Positions 47,911 through 61,600 of a DNA stretch of 64,000 nucleotides are shown here, one piece after another. The notes below the pieces were generated by a model, which saw only the letters and a list, made by a program, of their open reading frames with translations, made no database searches and was not told the DNA's origin. Source of the stretch: Trichoplax adhaerens (lineage: Eukaryota; Animalia; Placozoa); the NCBI RefSeq assembly GCF_000150275.1, contig NW_002060961.1:1-64000 (forward strand), written 5' to 3'. Position 1 is the stretch's first letter. Every line of letters begins with the position of its first letter. Both the position numbers and the translations under genes were made by a program.

Positions 47911-48779
47911 ACAATGGTGATTATGATATTGAATGCGTGGAATTCTTTCCTACTCATTGACATCAATTTTTAAAAAAGAAACACTCAGCGATTAAAATAC
48001 CAGATGATTTAGAAAGGGTCCATTCCAGATTGCTGTTGTTTTATACTTGGGTGCAAAATAAAAATCTAATTTAGCTTAAATTTTAAACTTTTCTTTGGAT
48101 AACATTAAAGAATAAAGTTAAAAAGGTCACAAACTGAAGTTGAATGCTGCTGATTTGCCCCAAATTTTCAGTCTTTTACATCGGTTTGAGCGTATTTTAA
48201 AAAAAATGTGCTGTAAAGGCCAAGGTTAGCAGTAATTTACCACTACTAGACTGCCAGACACCGACAAAAATGGATACTTGGGGAATCCGTGATATTGATC
48301 TCATCCAATTATGGAAAAAAGGATTGATTTGGAAATAGTCCATTTACAGTATTTATTATATAATATATATATATATGTATTGGGTTAAATTTCATGTTAT
48401 AATTAATAATATATTATTAATAGCGATGGAGTAAAATCAATAGGTGTACGGCATTGGAAATTAGTAAATCAATCACTGTATCTTTTCCATTGTCGATTAA
48501 CTCCAACGAAAAGATTTATCCATTAATACATGCGAGCGTTAACTCATTTGCTATGCAGGCTAGAAACATACCATCACGAATTTAGTATGATAGTCCTTTA
48601 TGAAGATATGAATATCATCCGAAATAAAAACTACTAATAACACGTCTACTGGCGTAACTATCCTTCCTATTGTATAGCTGAAACACAATTTCAAGTCCGT
48701 AAATGTTACTGGGCTAATTTGAATACGAGTATGATAGCGATCTTTCAGGACAAGTAGTATATCCCATCTACTATTACTA

Positions 48780-49490
48780 TTCATGGAGGGATGTAAAAGG
48801 AGTATCAAGATGACCGTCTTCTAGCTGATGTCAACATCATGCTAAGTAAAACTTGGAACTACTAATAACAATGTAAAAGTGAGATTGCGTGTATCCATGC
48901 AGGATTGTAAAAATCGCATGAGGATAGCAATCTTTACTACAGCTGATGCGGAGAATACCCCTCCTGTGTTGAAATAAAACTTGTGCGACAAATAACAATC
49001 TGAAAATGAGATTGCGTTTTCCCTTAGAGGATTTTGAAAATAACATGAGAAATGCAATGCAGCCATCTACTGTAGCTGATGTGAAAATATACTGAGGTAA
49101 AGCTTGTAACGACAAGTAACAATGGAAAAATGGGATAGCGTTTACCCATGGAAGAAAAAATAGCATCAAGATTAAAGAGTCTACTAGCTGATGAGAAGAA
49201 CGTGCTGAAGTCAAATCTTGCAGCTATTTGTAGGCAATCTAAAAGAGTGCAATAGCGTTTACCCATACTGTACTGTATATTATGTGAAGAACATGCTATA
49301 GTCAAACTTATACTGCAAGGACAAATAAACAATCTAAGTGAGTAAGATGTCGTTTATCCATAGAGAATTATAAAAATAGCATGAGGATGGCAGTTTTGTA
49401 CTGTCGTCTATATCTCATGTGAAGAATATTTTGCTGGAGTAAAGCTTGTAACGATAAGTAAGTAACAATCGAAAAATGAGATTGTATCTA
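48780..49490. repeat. ~115-bp degenerate tandem repeat, ~6 copies
   Basis: agctgatg...aaacttg...acaat...gagattgcgtt recurs. Confidence 0.8.
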
Positions 49491-51479
49491 TCAATTTTAA
49501 GTGTGTAGCTCTCATATTAATTAATTAATTAATGTAAGCAACTGCTGATTTAAAATGATTATTGATAAAGTGCAGTGCTAATGGACTCTGTGTACAACTG
49601 TACAATGTACTGTACAGTACTGTGCATGTGTTTGTAAAGATTACGGATCGATATTTTTGACTCATGGATTTGTCGCCTTGTTATCCTAGAGAAGAAAGTA
49701 CTCTATTTTCGCCCTATTCTGCGAGTACAATCAGACATCGTTATTTGCAACAGTTAGATCGCAAGCCGATTGTTTACACTTGTCGTACAGTCTTGCAAAT
49801 CACAATCCATTCCAATGTCCTTATGTTCGTTAAAATTAAAAAATAGTTAAAAGGTGAAGAACACTTGATTGAATGATTGATAAAAATGATGGAATTGTAG
49901 ATATTATTTCCAATGAATCATCTGTCCATTTGACGTCGTCAGGAGTATTGACAATGGTTTACTAAAGAATGATCCTCTAAACCGGTCAAAATCACCGAAA
50001 CTATCAACATGGCCTTATACAGTAGATACGTGTACAGTATACCCGGTGTAGACCTAAACGTTCATGCGATCAACCACAATGGTGATTGTAATTGCACAAG
50101 ACGATGGAAAATTGTTATCCAAATTGGATATACGGGTAGAATACCTTACTATTGTATCAAGAGAATGATCGCATTTTCGCAACGATCTACTGTTTTCGAT
50201 ATTCAATCTGATTAACCTAAGGCTATACACATTCTTTCCATTTTCCTATAGTTGGCAGTGAACTACTACTGGTAGACCTGCGGCGTTAGTCAATACTAGT
50301 AAATAGTGGTAATTGCTAGTAATAATAGTAATGTAAGAAGAAGGAATCCGATGTCACAGATGATATTTCGCGGTATCTTTAACTTGATCAGTTTGGCAGT
50401 GTATAATTTAATGGGAGATACCATCGTGTATAAGACGATGTTTTTGTAGCATGCTTGAAAAGTTAAATTGCGAACGGACGAGGATTACCAGAAGTCCGTG
50501 GGATTACTAACCAATGCATCTTGAATTTTGTTGAGCTAACAATTGTTAAGAGACAGGTTTGCTGCACGTACAGTACAGTATTTTCAATATTTTAAATATT
50601 TTCAATAATTATGCGTATAATGGTACATGGACTGTGCAAATAAAAACAAGACGAGAAACCATTGTTGATATAGACTGCCCAGTGCACCTGGAGGCAAACA
50701 GTAAAATAGCTTGATGTATCACCTATATAATGATGGATAACCGCTAAGTAGTTAGTTAATAGATGTACAGTATAGTGGACATTCAACAAGGAGGAGTAAA
50801 TATCTAGACTAATCTGTAAACCATTTATCAATCCAAAGAAACAGATAACCGCATTGAACAATGGACTGTTATCAAAAAATGTCTTTTATCTAAGTTACTT
50901 GAATAATAATAAGATTAGTCTGTCTATGGATCGCTATTGTTCCTTTTGTTGTTCTTATCAAACAAAATGATCGATGAAGATAAGTAAATTCCATTGCAAG
51001 CCTGGAGACTGGAATGATGATAGTAAAGTATATTAAAATGACATTACTACAACTTGTTTTTAAAATATTGTTATTCATATTGGATGAGCTCAATCGAATC
51101 ATCTGTCCTTATTGAGGGAGAATACACTTAATACAATTGTACATTGGAATCATCGATGCTTTCACATGAAGGTTACTTCAAGGTATTTTATGGTATAGCA
51201 TCTTGCCAATATAGTCAAGCCGAGAGACGGATTTTGATTGCTATTCGGTAAGTTGTATCAATGGATAGAGTAGGATGATGTTTTATGCAAGTTGAAGCTA
51301 GTTTTACAAGGGTGGCAAAATCCAATAGACCTGTCATAGCTTGGTTACAATAGTGTACAAGTCGTAAGAGTACTCCCTGTTTCATATGGGAAGGATACGA
51401 TTGAATTTCTCAATTTTTATTTCCCTCGACACTTTCCATCATGATGTCCAATTGGCTAAGCGGTACCGACATGAAATAA

Positions 51480-52760
51480 TATTGAAAATTATTTGAATTG
51501 AGCTTGATCGAACGGATGAAATAGCAGCGTTATACTATTGCCAATTAATGCTCCTATTTAGATGTACAAAGTACAGCAGTATTTCATTCAATACTTTGAA
51601 ATTAGTCAGATCTGAAGAATGAAATAGGAGCTGATGTTATTGACTCTTCATGAATGCGGAGATGAACGAGTAAAAAGTAGCATTGGATTCAATGTCTTGG
51701 ATTCAGATTAACTTTTCCTTAGTTTGCTACGATACTTTAATTAATGAATGAGCAATCAGCATTGCATTCAACACTTCAAATTCAGTGTGATCGGATGGAT
51801 GAACTAGGTGTTACTACAGTATTTGCTCTAGAGTCTTAATGAATTTGCGCATTAAGATAAACGAGCAGAAAAAGTAGAAGGTAGCATTGAATTCGATTTG
51901 AATCTGTTGATGAAATAAGAGGTATCTGTTTATTTTTGCTACGTTGTTAATGCTTTTATTTTGATGAACGAGCAGATCAGTAATGGATTCAATACTTACT
52001 TGGAATTGAATTCGATCTGATCATCGTTTTTTTATTTCTTGATGGACTTATGCATGAAATAGGCGGTGCTTTTATTTACTCTTAGTCTTGAGATGAGCAA
52101 GTAATATGTAGCATTGGATTTAACGTCTGGAATTCAGTTTTAAATCTGTTGATGAAACTATCATTATTTTGCTACGTTGTATATGTTCTTATTATTTGAT
52201 AAACGTGCAAATCAGTATTAGATTCAATAACTTGGTTGGAATTGAGTCTAATGTAATCGAATTGATGAAATAGGCGGCGTTATTTATTTTTTATTTATTT
52301 TTTTTATTTACTCTCTTCGTTGATGTCTGCATTGAGATGATCGAGTAAAAAGTAACATTAGATTTTACATCTGGAATTCAGCTAATGACACAGGAGTATC
52401 ATTATTTTGCTAGAGTACAGTATGAATGCTCTTTGTTGATGAACGAGCAAATCAGCATTTGATTCAATACTTGTTGAAATTAAATCTGATCGAATGGATA
52501 AACTAGGAGGTGTTATTATTTACTCTTTTACTGAATGCCCGTAGTGAGATGGCCGAGTAAAAAAAGTAGCATTGAATTCAACGTCTTAAATTTGAATCAG
52601 TGGATGAAATAGTTTAATGAACGAGCTCATCAGTACTGGATTCAATATTTTAAATTCAGTCTGATCTGATCGATGGAAAAAACGCGGTTATTATTTGCTA
52701 TTCCATGCTTGTACTTATGCTAATGATCAAGTACAGCAGAAATGAATTCAACTTTATTTC
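51480..52760. repeat. Dimeric satellite-like array (~100-125-bp monomers, two alternating types)
   Basis: gatgaacgag...cattggattcaa core recurs about 10 times. Confidence 0.85.
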
Positions 52761-53491
52761 ATTTTTATTCGTAACTATTCAACATGAGAAATGGATTTTC
52801 ATGACTATAAATCAATTCCAAATTTGCTCTATATTAACTTGGATCTTGAAGCATTTCCTAGCACTATGAAAGAAATCATTGCTAAGAACTGCAGTATTGC
52901 AGCATATTGCCTTACAATAGAATTCTTTAATTACGAGTGATATAGCCTGTATACCTACAGTAGTTATGATCATTATTATTGTTTTAACTCCAGCATGGTA
53001 AAGACCACATCCTAGTGTTGAATTGCGGATCAGATACGATCCTGAATGGCTACTTCGTTGGCATTATTTTACAAAAAAATTAAATTTCAATCGTTCTTAC
53101 TGCTAATATTTTGCATTCATTCGCAAGGATGTAAACTTTTGATGTTGTCTATCACATTATTCGATCAGATCAATAATTATACGTCAACTTCTTGATAGAA
53201 GAGCATCGCTATCTTATTCTCATCACTACGGCTGAATATATTCAGCTTATAGTGAATACACAAAGTGCATAAGTACATGATGAGTCCCCAAGTTGTAAAT
53301 GCATCAAGGTCGGATGGCATGTTTGTATAGAAATTTTAATATGTTGTAGAATGGACATGATCCCAACCAACCAATTTCTCCTAAATGATATTATTTCACC
53401 CACAAATTATGCCATTGTCATAGCTGTTGTCGAAATGGTTGTCCCTCTTATTTAATTGCCAAGATTACCCATAATGGTTTTGTTGTGGATA

Positions 53492-53530
53492 TTGTTGTTG
53501 TTGTTGTTGTTGTTGTTATTATTATTATTG
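53492..53530. repeat. Compound microsatellite (TTG)8(TTA)4
   Basis: Direct reading. Confidence 0.9.
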
Positions 53531-55458
53531 ATGTTACATTTATTTATTGAAAGCAATTATAATGAATTGCAAAATAAGCGTATCGCGATCGAGGTTTAGA
53601 TTACTTCGTAACACCGTGTACTACAGCATCAAAACAGTATACTCTGCTCTATTTTCTACCACTTATAAATCCACTTTACTACCATACTGTTAAGTAGGAT
53701 AGTGTTCAGCCAATCAAACTGTTCAAATAGGACTACCGTGATGAAATGGTTTGCTACAAAAGACGAGAAGTAGTTCAACCCATTAATTTACCTCAATGGT
53801 AGGATGGGATTGAACACCCAACCTGTTATGCAGAGTATTGAATTCAATCTTTGTAGCTGTTGACAAAGTTAATGTTGCCATGAAAATACTAATGTCTTGT
53901 TGGAAGCCTTTTGGAAGGATTGAATACAATATTTGATCTGCTTTCATTGTTTGTCTCTGTCATTACTTTTGTGTTAAGAAGTTCATCGCTATGCAGACAA
54001 TTCATTTATTTATATTTAGGATACTATTTAGAATATTGACATGATACAGAAGATGAAGGGATTAAAATTGTGTGGATGAAATGAGGCATATTCCTCCTTT
54101 CAGACTGGATTCAAATTGAACAGATCAGTCATGGACCAGCTTGTAAATTGTTTTAGTATCAACGATGCCAAACTGTATGAATCACTTTTGATACTGGTCT
54201 ACACAGACATAAGTCAGACAATCGACTTCTCAATGCGTTAATTTGATAACTTCCCTTCCCCTTAAGACAACACTTGCACATGTTATTAGTGTGATAGAAT
54301 AGAATGTAGAATCGCCAGATAGTACTTGAAACGAGTAAGTGACATTAATGTCAACAATAAAGCCATTTTTCAGTTATTCTAATTAGGGTGTTTAATAGCC
54401 AATACGACTAAATCTATATAGGATAAAAATGAAAATTTTTAGTTATATCGTTTGAATCAATTTTTGTGATTGTCCTCGATTGAATTATAATGACTGCTGC
54501 TGATTGTTTTTTAAAATCTGTACTGGAATGCCTCCAATTTAGTTTCCTTATATTTTTAAGGCAAGGCTATTTCTCTATTTTAAAGGCAGTTCTATCGGAC
54601 ATCTACATTGTATACCCATATTCTATGTTGGATAGAGTCTGATATCTATTTCTGATTTCTGAATAAGGTAACATCTGTAATACCCCTCGATCAATGTCAT
54701 GAGTGCAATGTATATTCAATGCAGGTTAGAAAGAAGGCGTTTTCCTTCTGCATGCACAGAGTTTATCTAGTGATTTTAGGGTCGAAGATAGATAGATAAA
54801 TTTACACCTTGGTCATTCTGACTCATTCGTAATAATGTAGTAGTGGGTGCGCAAATGATTTTATACCGAATCCTACCCAAGATCAAGAAATTGAAATAGA
54901 ATTACGCTAAGGTATAAAAAGAAGAACTTTTCCATAATAGATTACTATTAAAGTAGTAGCTGTAAATCAAGTAGAGTGGCGGTATTGAATGGCTAGGATA
55001 CAGGATTTTATTAAGGACATTGATGGAATTGGTTAAATGAGATTTAGATGAGACACAGTACTGTAAGAACTTCCTTTGATAAGAAGCTACAAGCTAAGTT
55101 CATGTTCCGTCGTTAAAGCACATCTCAGGGATGATGGCAGCGGTAGTAGTGTAGTTCCTTTACGGGGGAAATAAGGCTGCTCCTTAGTCGAGACGAGTGA
55201 TTACATTTTAGTTTGATACACGCCTTCTTTCTCGTTTTGCCACCTTAAAGGCTATAGTAGAAACTAACGCTATTGGTGTTATTAACACTGATAGAAAGCT
55301 TTGTAGTTTTACATTCGTGCTCCTGGCAGTTTTAGCGTCTTGATGTTGTAAGGGCAATGAATTGCATGTCATGGAAAGAAAATTTATGTAATTATGTTTT
55401 ATCGCACATGGAAAGATATCTAGTGTTGCTCTAGTGCTCTTTAAAATTATAGTTGTGT

Positions 55459-55674
55459 AAGACAGTGTAATATTATATCCTAAGTTGATGATATATTTAG
55501 TAATGTCTACCGTAGTTATTGTGTTCAACGTGTCTTCAAAAATATACAGTTACTAAGCTAGCTATATGTAATACTGAAGCCTCCAACGGAATATCTATCA
55601 TACGTTGAACACAATAACTACGGTAGACATTACTAAGTAGATCATCAACTTAGAATACAATATTACACTGTCTT
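55459..55674. repeat. Long inverted repeat, 73-bp arms with 70-bp spacer
   Basis: 55459-55531 is the reverse complement of 55602-55674 with ~4 mismatches. Confidence 0.95.
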
Positions 55675-58600
55675 CTAATAATGTGATTGTGCTTAATCGA
55701 TATTGGATATTTTTTAGTAATTCTTTATAAGGCTCCTTGTTGTTTTAACTCCTTAATAACGTGACCATGCTTTATTGATATTGTGCAATTTTAGGAGTTA
55801 GATATTAGTTCTTTTGTTATTTTATCATCATCATCTTTGCAAGGACAATAATAGAAGGAAGAAAAAAGTAATGAAATGTGCTTAATAATCGCTGATAGGA
55901 TATTAATTTATGCGACTGAATGTTATTATTATAGAAGTGCGAGTATTAATTAATCCAACCATTTAATTTTATTTTAATTGTGGATTACAACAAAGGAAAG
56001 AAGATTGAAAAGAGTTTAGGGAAGATTATCGTAAGGTTAGTTTGTACTAGAATGCACCAAATTCTATGCTTGTTCAATGGCATATCTTGCAAATTTATTG
56101 ATGCCTTGATAGGGAGTCAATCGGTTTAATTGACTACCCTATAAAATTAATAGCATAGAATAGATCCCCTATCTCTGTCAGCAGATTACTACGATGCCCA
56201 GTGGTTTTATTTCTATTTTCGGGTGAAAGTTACCAATGTTAACATTCAACTATTCTTGCAATAGTATTTTAATAATCTTTCAACGATGAAATATCTATGC
56301 AGCGATACAATCTATCCTGTTTCGATATGGTTCCGTATATTTTTAGTTCCGCCGCTACGTTCATGAATGGTAATCTAGCTGCAGCGTTGAATTAGATTAA
56401 GCTACAGATATTAGCTTATTGGTTGAATCCATGGGTTAGTGATGATCTTTATCCGTAATTTTACTTCGGTATAGAAGCAGGACTACATGATATAATATAT
56501 GAAATGATCAAGCTTCATCTTGCGATCATGCTAGATTGTGAAATGTACATTAATACTAACTTAATTACCGTAACCTTTCAATTGCCTTGTCATCGTCAAT
56601 AGCCCTGTCAATAGACGTAAATTTTAGTTGCTTTATTGCCGGATAGAAGACCAAATTCCATGAGAGGAAGTAATAAGCAATGAATAAGAATTAAAGCATA
56701 ATTTTCATATAATAAACAAGTATCAGAACAAAAGTGTATCTGTATGATAAATTTGCAGAATAATGTATTAAGTCAACTCGGACAGTTCATGAATATGTTT
56801 GCCAAGATGCAGTAATAATTTCTGTTTGACCATAGCCGTCTTATTCCGATTTTACATTCAGCAATAAAATGCTAGCAATACAATTCTTTGTGCAGTCGTC
56901 TGACAAAATATATTCAATTTTCGAAGTAGTTGATGAATTTAATCGGAATTATAGGTGGTTACATGATTGGATAAAAGTTAAAACAATTAAAAGGTGAAAA
57001 TTGAAAAAACATTATAAGTCGATCATAGAAATGGGCTCGTATTCATAAAATGATCAGTATAGGAGCAATTCAAGAGAGGCTGTGACCTTATATGTAAATT
57101 CTTTATTCCTACTATGTATATACTATTGCATGATATACCATATTAGTTTGTGGACATAATAGCAATGATAATCTTAACATACATTCATATATAATCATTG
57201 TACTTTTATGTACTCTTTTGCCTAATATCTTTTACGTTTTCGAACCGATTGTAACAGTCACGAGAAGATCTGTAAATCACCTCAGGCATTTCTATTCAAC
57301 GCTATTCTGTTTCGCATTTGTTCTAGCGAAACCATGCAGCTGTTGTGCTTAAACAAATCATGGAGATTACTAGTAGATATGAAAAGGTTAGCACCGGCAT
57401 CTTGTTATATTGTACTTAGGGATAACTGATCAGTATACTTTTTTAAAGGGTGGGGAAATTGACACAGTGAAACGGTTTAATACTAGGGCAACTTCAACTA
57501 GGCAGTATCGGAATAGAACAAGAAGTAAGAACTGGCAACGCTAGATAATTCTTCGTTCTATCCTGGTATTATTTCTTAATCGAATAATACTATATAGCAA
57601 AATTAATCTATTGAAGACTTTTGATTGAAGTACAACGTCTGGTGCGTGGTTTCTAATTAATGGTAGATGTTCGCTAACATAATCATGTAGCCACTGAAAT
57701 TGGATATGGATGTGATTTAGAGATACTATTGTATTTTAGAGTCGGGAGTTAAGATAATTTGCAGGCTGTTGGCAAATTCTTGTAACGGCGGAAGTATGTT
57801 GTAATATGATTAATAAATTGAATAGATGAGCAGTTCGTTTTGAAGGAATGGTTCTAAGATTAAGACCACTGCTAGTCATTCAATGTAAGGAAAGGATCAT
57901 TGCTGAAAAGATGGGATAATCCGTTAAATCATCCTATTCTACTCCCTACTGGAACACAAACAGTCCATTTCTTATCCTACAATTTTTCATCATCAACTTG
58001 ATCTTTAACATTACATGTTTGAGTTAATTCTATTTAGGGTTGTGAATTGAGGACGGTAAACGTGATAAATTGTACACAGGGCTAATGATGATCGATTTAT
58101 ACATAGCTTTGTATAAAAATATGATGGCAAACTCCCTCCACAACAATAGTAGGTCACTGCCAATCACTACTAATATTGACATAATGAAAGATTTTATAAT
58201 TATTCTCTCTGAAGGAGGAATCTTTTACTACGGAAAAATATTACTTATATTGAATAGCAAGCTATTGAATCGTAACCAACAGAATGCATTGAAATGATTC
58301 AATTTATTTTTTCCTTTATTGACATCTCGTCAGCGTATTAATTGATCCAACGTTGTCTTCAGTAATATAGTATGGCTTAATTAGGTTTTACTCCATTATT
58401 GCAATGCCATCGATTGTTGCAAGCATCAGCATGTTAAAACTTACCAATACCGCCTACTAGACGCCCTACTACTTGTTCTAATTGGTCCGTAATAATTACG
58501 CAGTAAATGATCTCTTTTCTCCCGATTTTACAAAGGTTACGTCAGGAAAATCACTGATTTCGTCGACTTTTCCACTCCATCTTCTTGATTCCATTCATTA

Positions 58601-61600
58601 CTGATCGATATCCAAGTTCAGCGTGGACTGGAAAGCTGAAACTATAACTAAGTTGTTATTCATCCGTTTTCCTACAGGAAAAAGATTGGTATACAAACAA
58701 CAAGAAAGAAAACGGATTTCGTTTTACTACGCAATATTACAAAGTTGAACATCTTTTAAAAGTATCGTTTACTCTTGGTAAGTAGAACATTTTAATCCCT
58801 GGCGTTGAACAATGTATTGCTATTTATTGCTAGCTCTTTTTTACGGATATGTTAGCATAAATGGAATGAGGGTAATTTTAAATACCACAAAGCTTGTGCA
58901 TAGGATGTTGATTCGTGAAGGTTTCCGTAGTGGGATGATTAGTCTGTTCTTTAACTACTATATTGCGCTTAGATTATACATGTATTGAATTCGATGTATG
59001 TATCGGGTACATTCAATAAAATTTCACCAAAAAAAACACGCATCACCTTTTCCCCTTACAGCTCACTTTGTTATCCTACCAATCTCAAAGTAGATTAACG
59101 ATTATGGGAAAGTTAGATACCAATTGTGTTTACTAGTCTAAGTAAAACAATTAATAACGACTTCAATGGTGGTGATCCCTTGCAGTAACATAGGAAAAGA
59201 GGAAGGTTTTTAAATGACTAATTAAAATTATCAGTCCTATCTATAATTTTACAAGGATACTACTTCTATCTGTAAAGCAAAATTGTACAGTAATTAGAGA
59301 GTTATTAAATAGTGCTAATCTAGTCCAATACCATTGGAAAGCACAGTCGGGGTTCCGAGTTCAAGAAAGGAAAGAGATTCTGATTTTTTATGATGACTTT
59401 TAATTACCCGTTCTTTTTCAGTCTTTATGGTGTAATTAGATTAACAAAGAAAAGTGATAGTCGTTCACTATTAAGAGTTCTTACCCCCCTCTAGCCAGTT
59501 AATAAAAATATCTCGACCACACTTAACGCTAGCTGCTCAATTAGTTTCTCCGATAAATATGAATAAAAATATGTGGTACATTTTGAAATTAGCGGTAGTA
59601 TTAAAGACATCCACCGTTCTACTAAAATTAGATCAAGAATTTACCGGACATATAGATTTTAGTCAAATTTTTTGTAAGGCAATCGTTACGTTATATTCTA
59701 TTTCATCTAGGAGAGAATAGTATACTCATAAAAAATGCATGAGTGTTAATATGTTTAATCATTGTAGATTATGCTTTCAACATTGGAGGTCTGTTTTCTT
59801 TCATAACCATAAAATTTTCAGTGATTTAAATTCTTCGTTTACTCTTTATTATTTTAGAAGTAAATCTTAGGCATTTACATCTAATCATTATAAATCAATT
59901 GAATGTTTGTGAATATTGGTAAAAGCTAAAATTTTATCTGATGCTCCATTATCGTATAAAGTTTGTGAAATATATAGGATAGGATATATTTAACCACTTA
60001 TAGTTATGCCTATACAAAGCAAATCATGACCGTAGGATATTTGTGTGCTATATTATATTCACATTAATGTTATCTTTTTGACCTGTGAAAAATTTATAAG
60101 AGTGTTGGTCGATCTAATTACCTACATATTGCATGCATCATTTTCATCATTGGAATGATGGAAATGGGAGATAGATTTTTATCTCAAGTTAGTAAATCTA
60201 CCCTTCCCTCAGAAATGGCAGACTAAATATGGGAACAGTGCGCTCTCTGTTGCAAAATTTTATATTACAGCTTAATATTGTTCTATTATAGGCCTAACGA
60301 TAATTTTGCCCTAGTCTTATTTATCCACTCTAAATAATCGTCGAAAAATCACTTATTTGCTACGAATATAATTTTTGTTTAGAAGTTTTGAAATAACTCA
60401 TAACATCAAGGTGTAGACAGACAATCTACTTTTGCATCGTCATACTTTGATATTAATTTTTTTAAAGAAAGAAGAAAATTATAATTATTGATGCGTCTTC
60501 TATATGAAGGATCTTTCAAATAGCGCCTAATAAATACCATTAAAATAGAAGCCATCATAAATAGAGTCCAGAGGGAAGATAATTAAAAATTCCATCACAA
60601 TTGTATAATGTCTACAATTAATTCAACATTTCTTCATTCTTTTCCAATTTAATGACTGTTGGCATTATGCAAATGTCATATCTATACATGTAATATCTGT
60701 GAAATGAGTAAATTATCGTCTGTTAAGTTGAAATTGAAAGAGGAAATACATACTCAAAGAAAATAAGCAATAAAAAAGTCTGCTGTTGAAATTGATACAA
60801 ATATTGAAGGTTATGACGTAAATTATAAACGTGATGAAAGACGACTTACTTGGCTTTTAGAAAAATTATTATAATGAAGGGAAGTTTTGTTGTTTTCAAG
60901 ACTCGAGTAATATGACTACACAATGAAAGAGTTGTATTTTTTACACACTTCATGTCCTCTTTACCACCTTCATTCGTGCCTTCATAACGGGTATCCATTA
61001 AAATAATGTCACTGATTTGACATTTTGGTGATTGATTGATTGATGAATTGTTTGATCGATTGTACTAAACGAAAAGTCGATGGTAGATACTTTCATATAA
61101 AAGTTGTCATCGAATCTGTAAAAATTGTTATTTTGTGGTCAAAGCTATCACAGGTGTAATTAGTTAGCCGTAGTTGAAATAATCATGGTATTAGTTGATT
61201 TCCAGTGAACAGGTAGAGGACATTTGGGAATGGATTATTTGGGCCTATTACTGAAAGCAGATTTATCAATTTGATTTGTCTTATCTTATGATGGTTAAAA
61301 CTGATTAAAAATCCTTTCAGGCTTCAATATTAATGGAGAATAATACTGAGGGTAGTTTATTACGCGGAAAATCTATTGAAATGGTAGTGATAAATCAGTC
61401 TTCATTTTAACAATATCAAGATGAAATTGCCATGAAGTTTGGTCAATATTACTATCATGACAAAAATGGATTAAAGAAGCTTCTTAAGTAGTTTTATGAC
61501 AAACTATTATAGTCTTATTATCATTGATTATTAATTATAATGACCCAGCTGGACATAAGAAATACGTTCAATAATAAAGAGATAATGTTGAAAGATGGAA

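Noticed and set aside
46065-49332. Hydrophobic short ORFs
   Set aside because: Derived from degenerate AT-rich tandem repeats; frames are not conserved between units.
53492-53530. TTG-to-TTA switch as evidence for the mutator
   Set aside because: A single change amplified by slippage explains it; not independent support.
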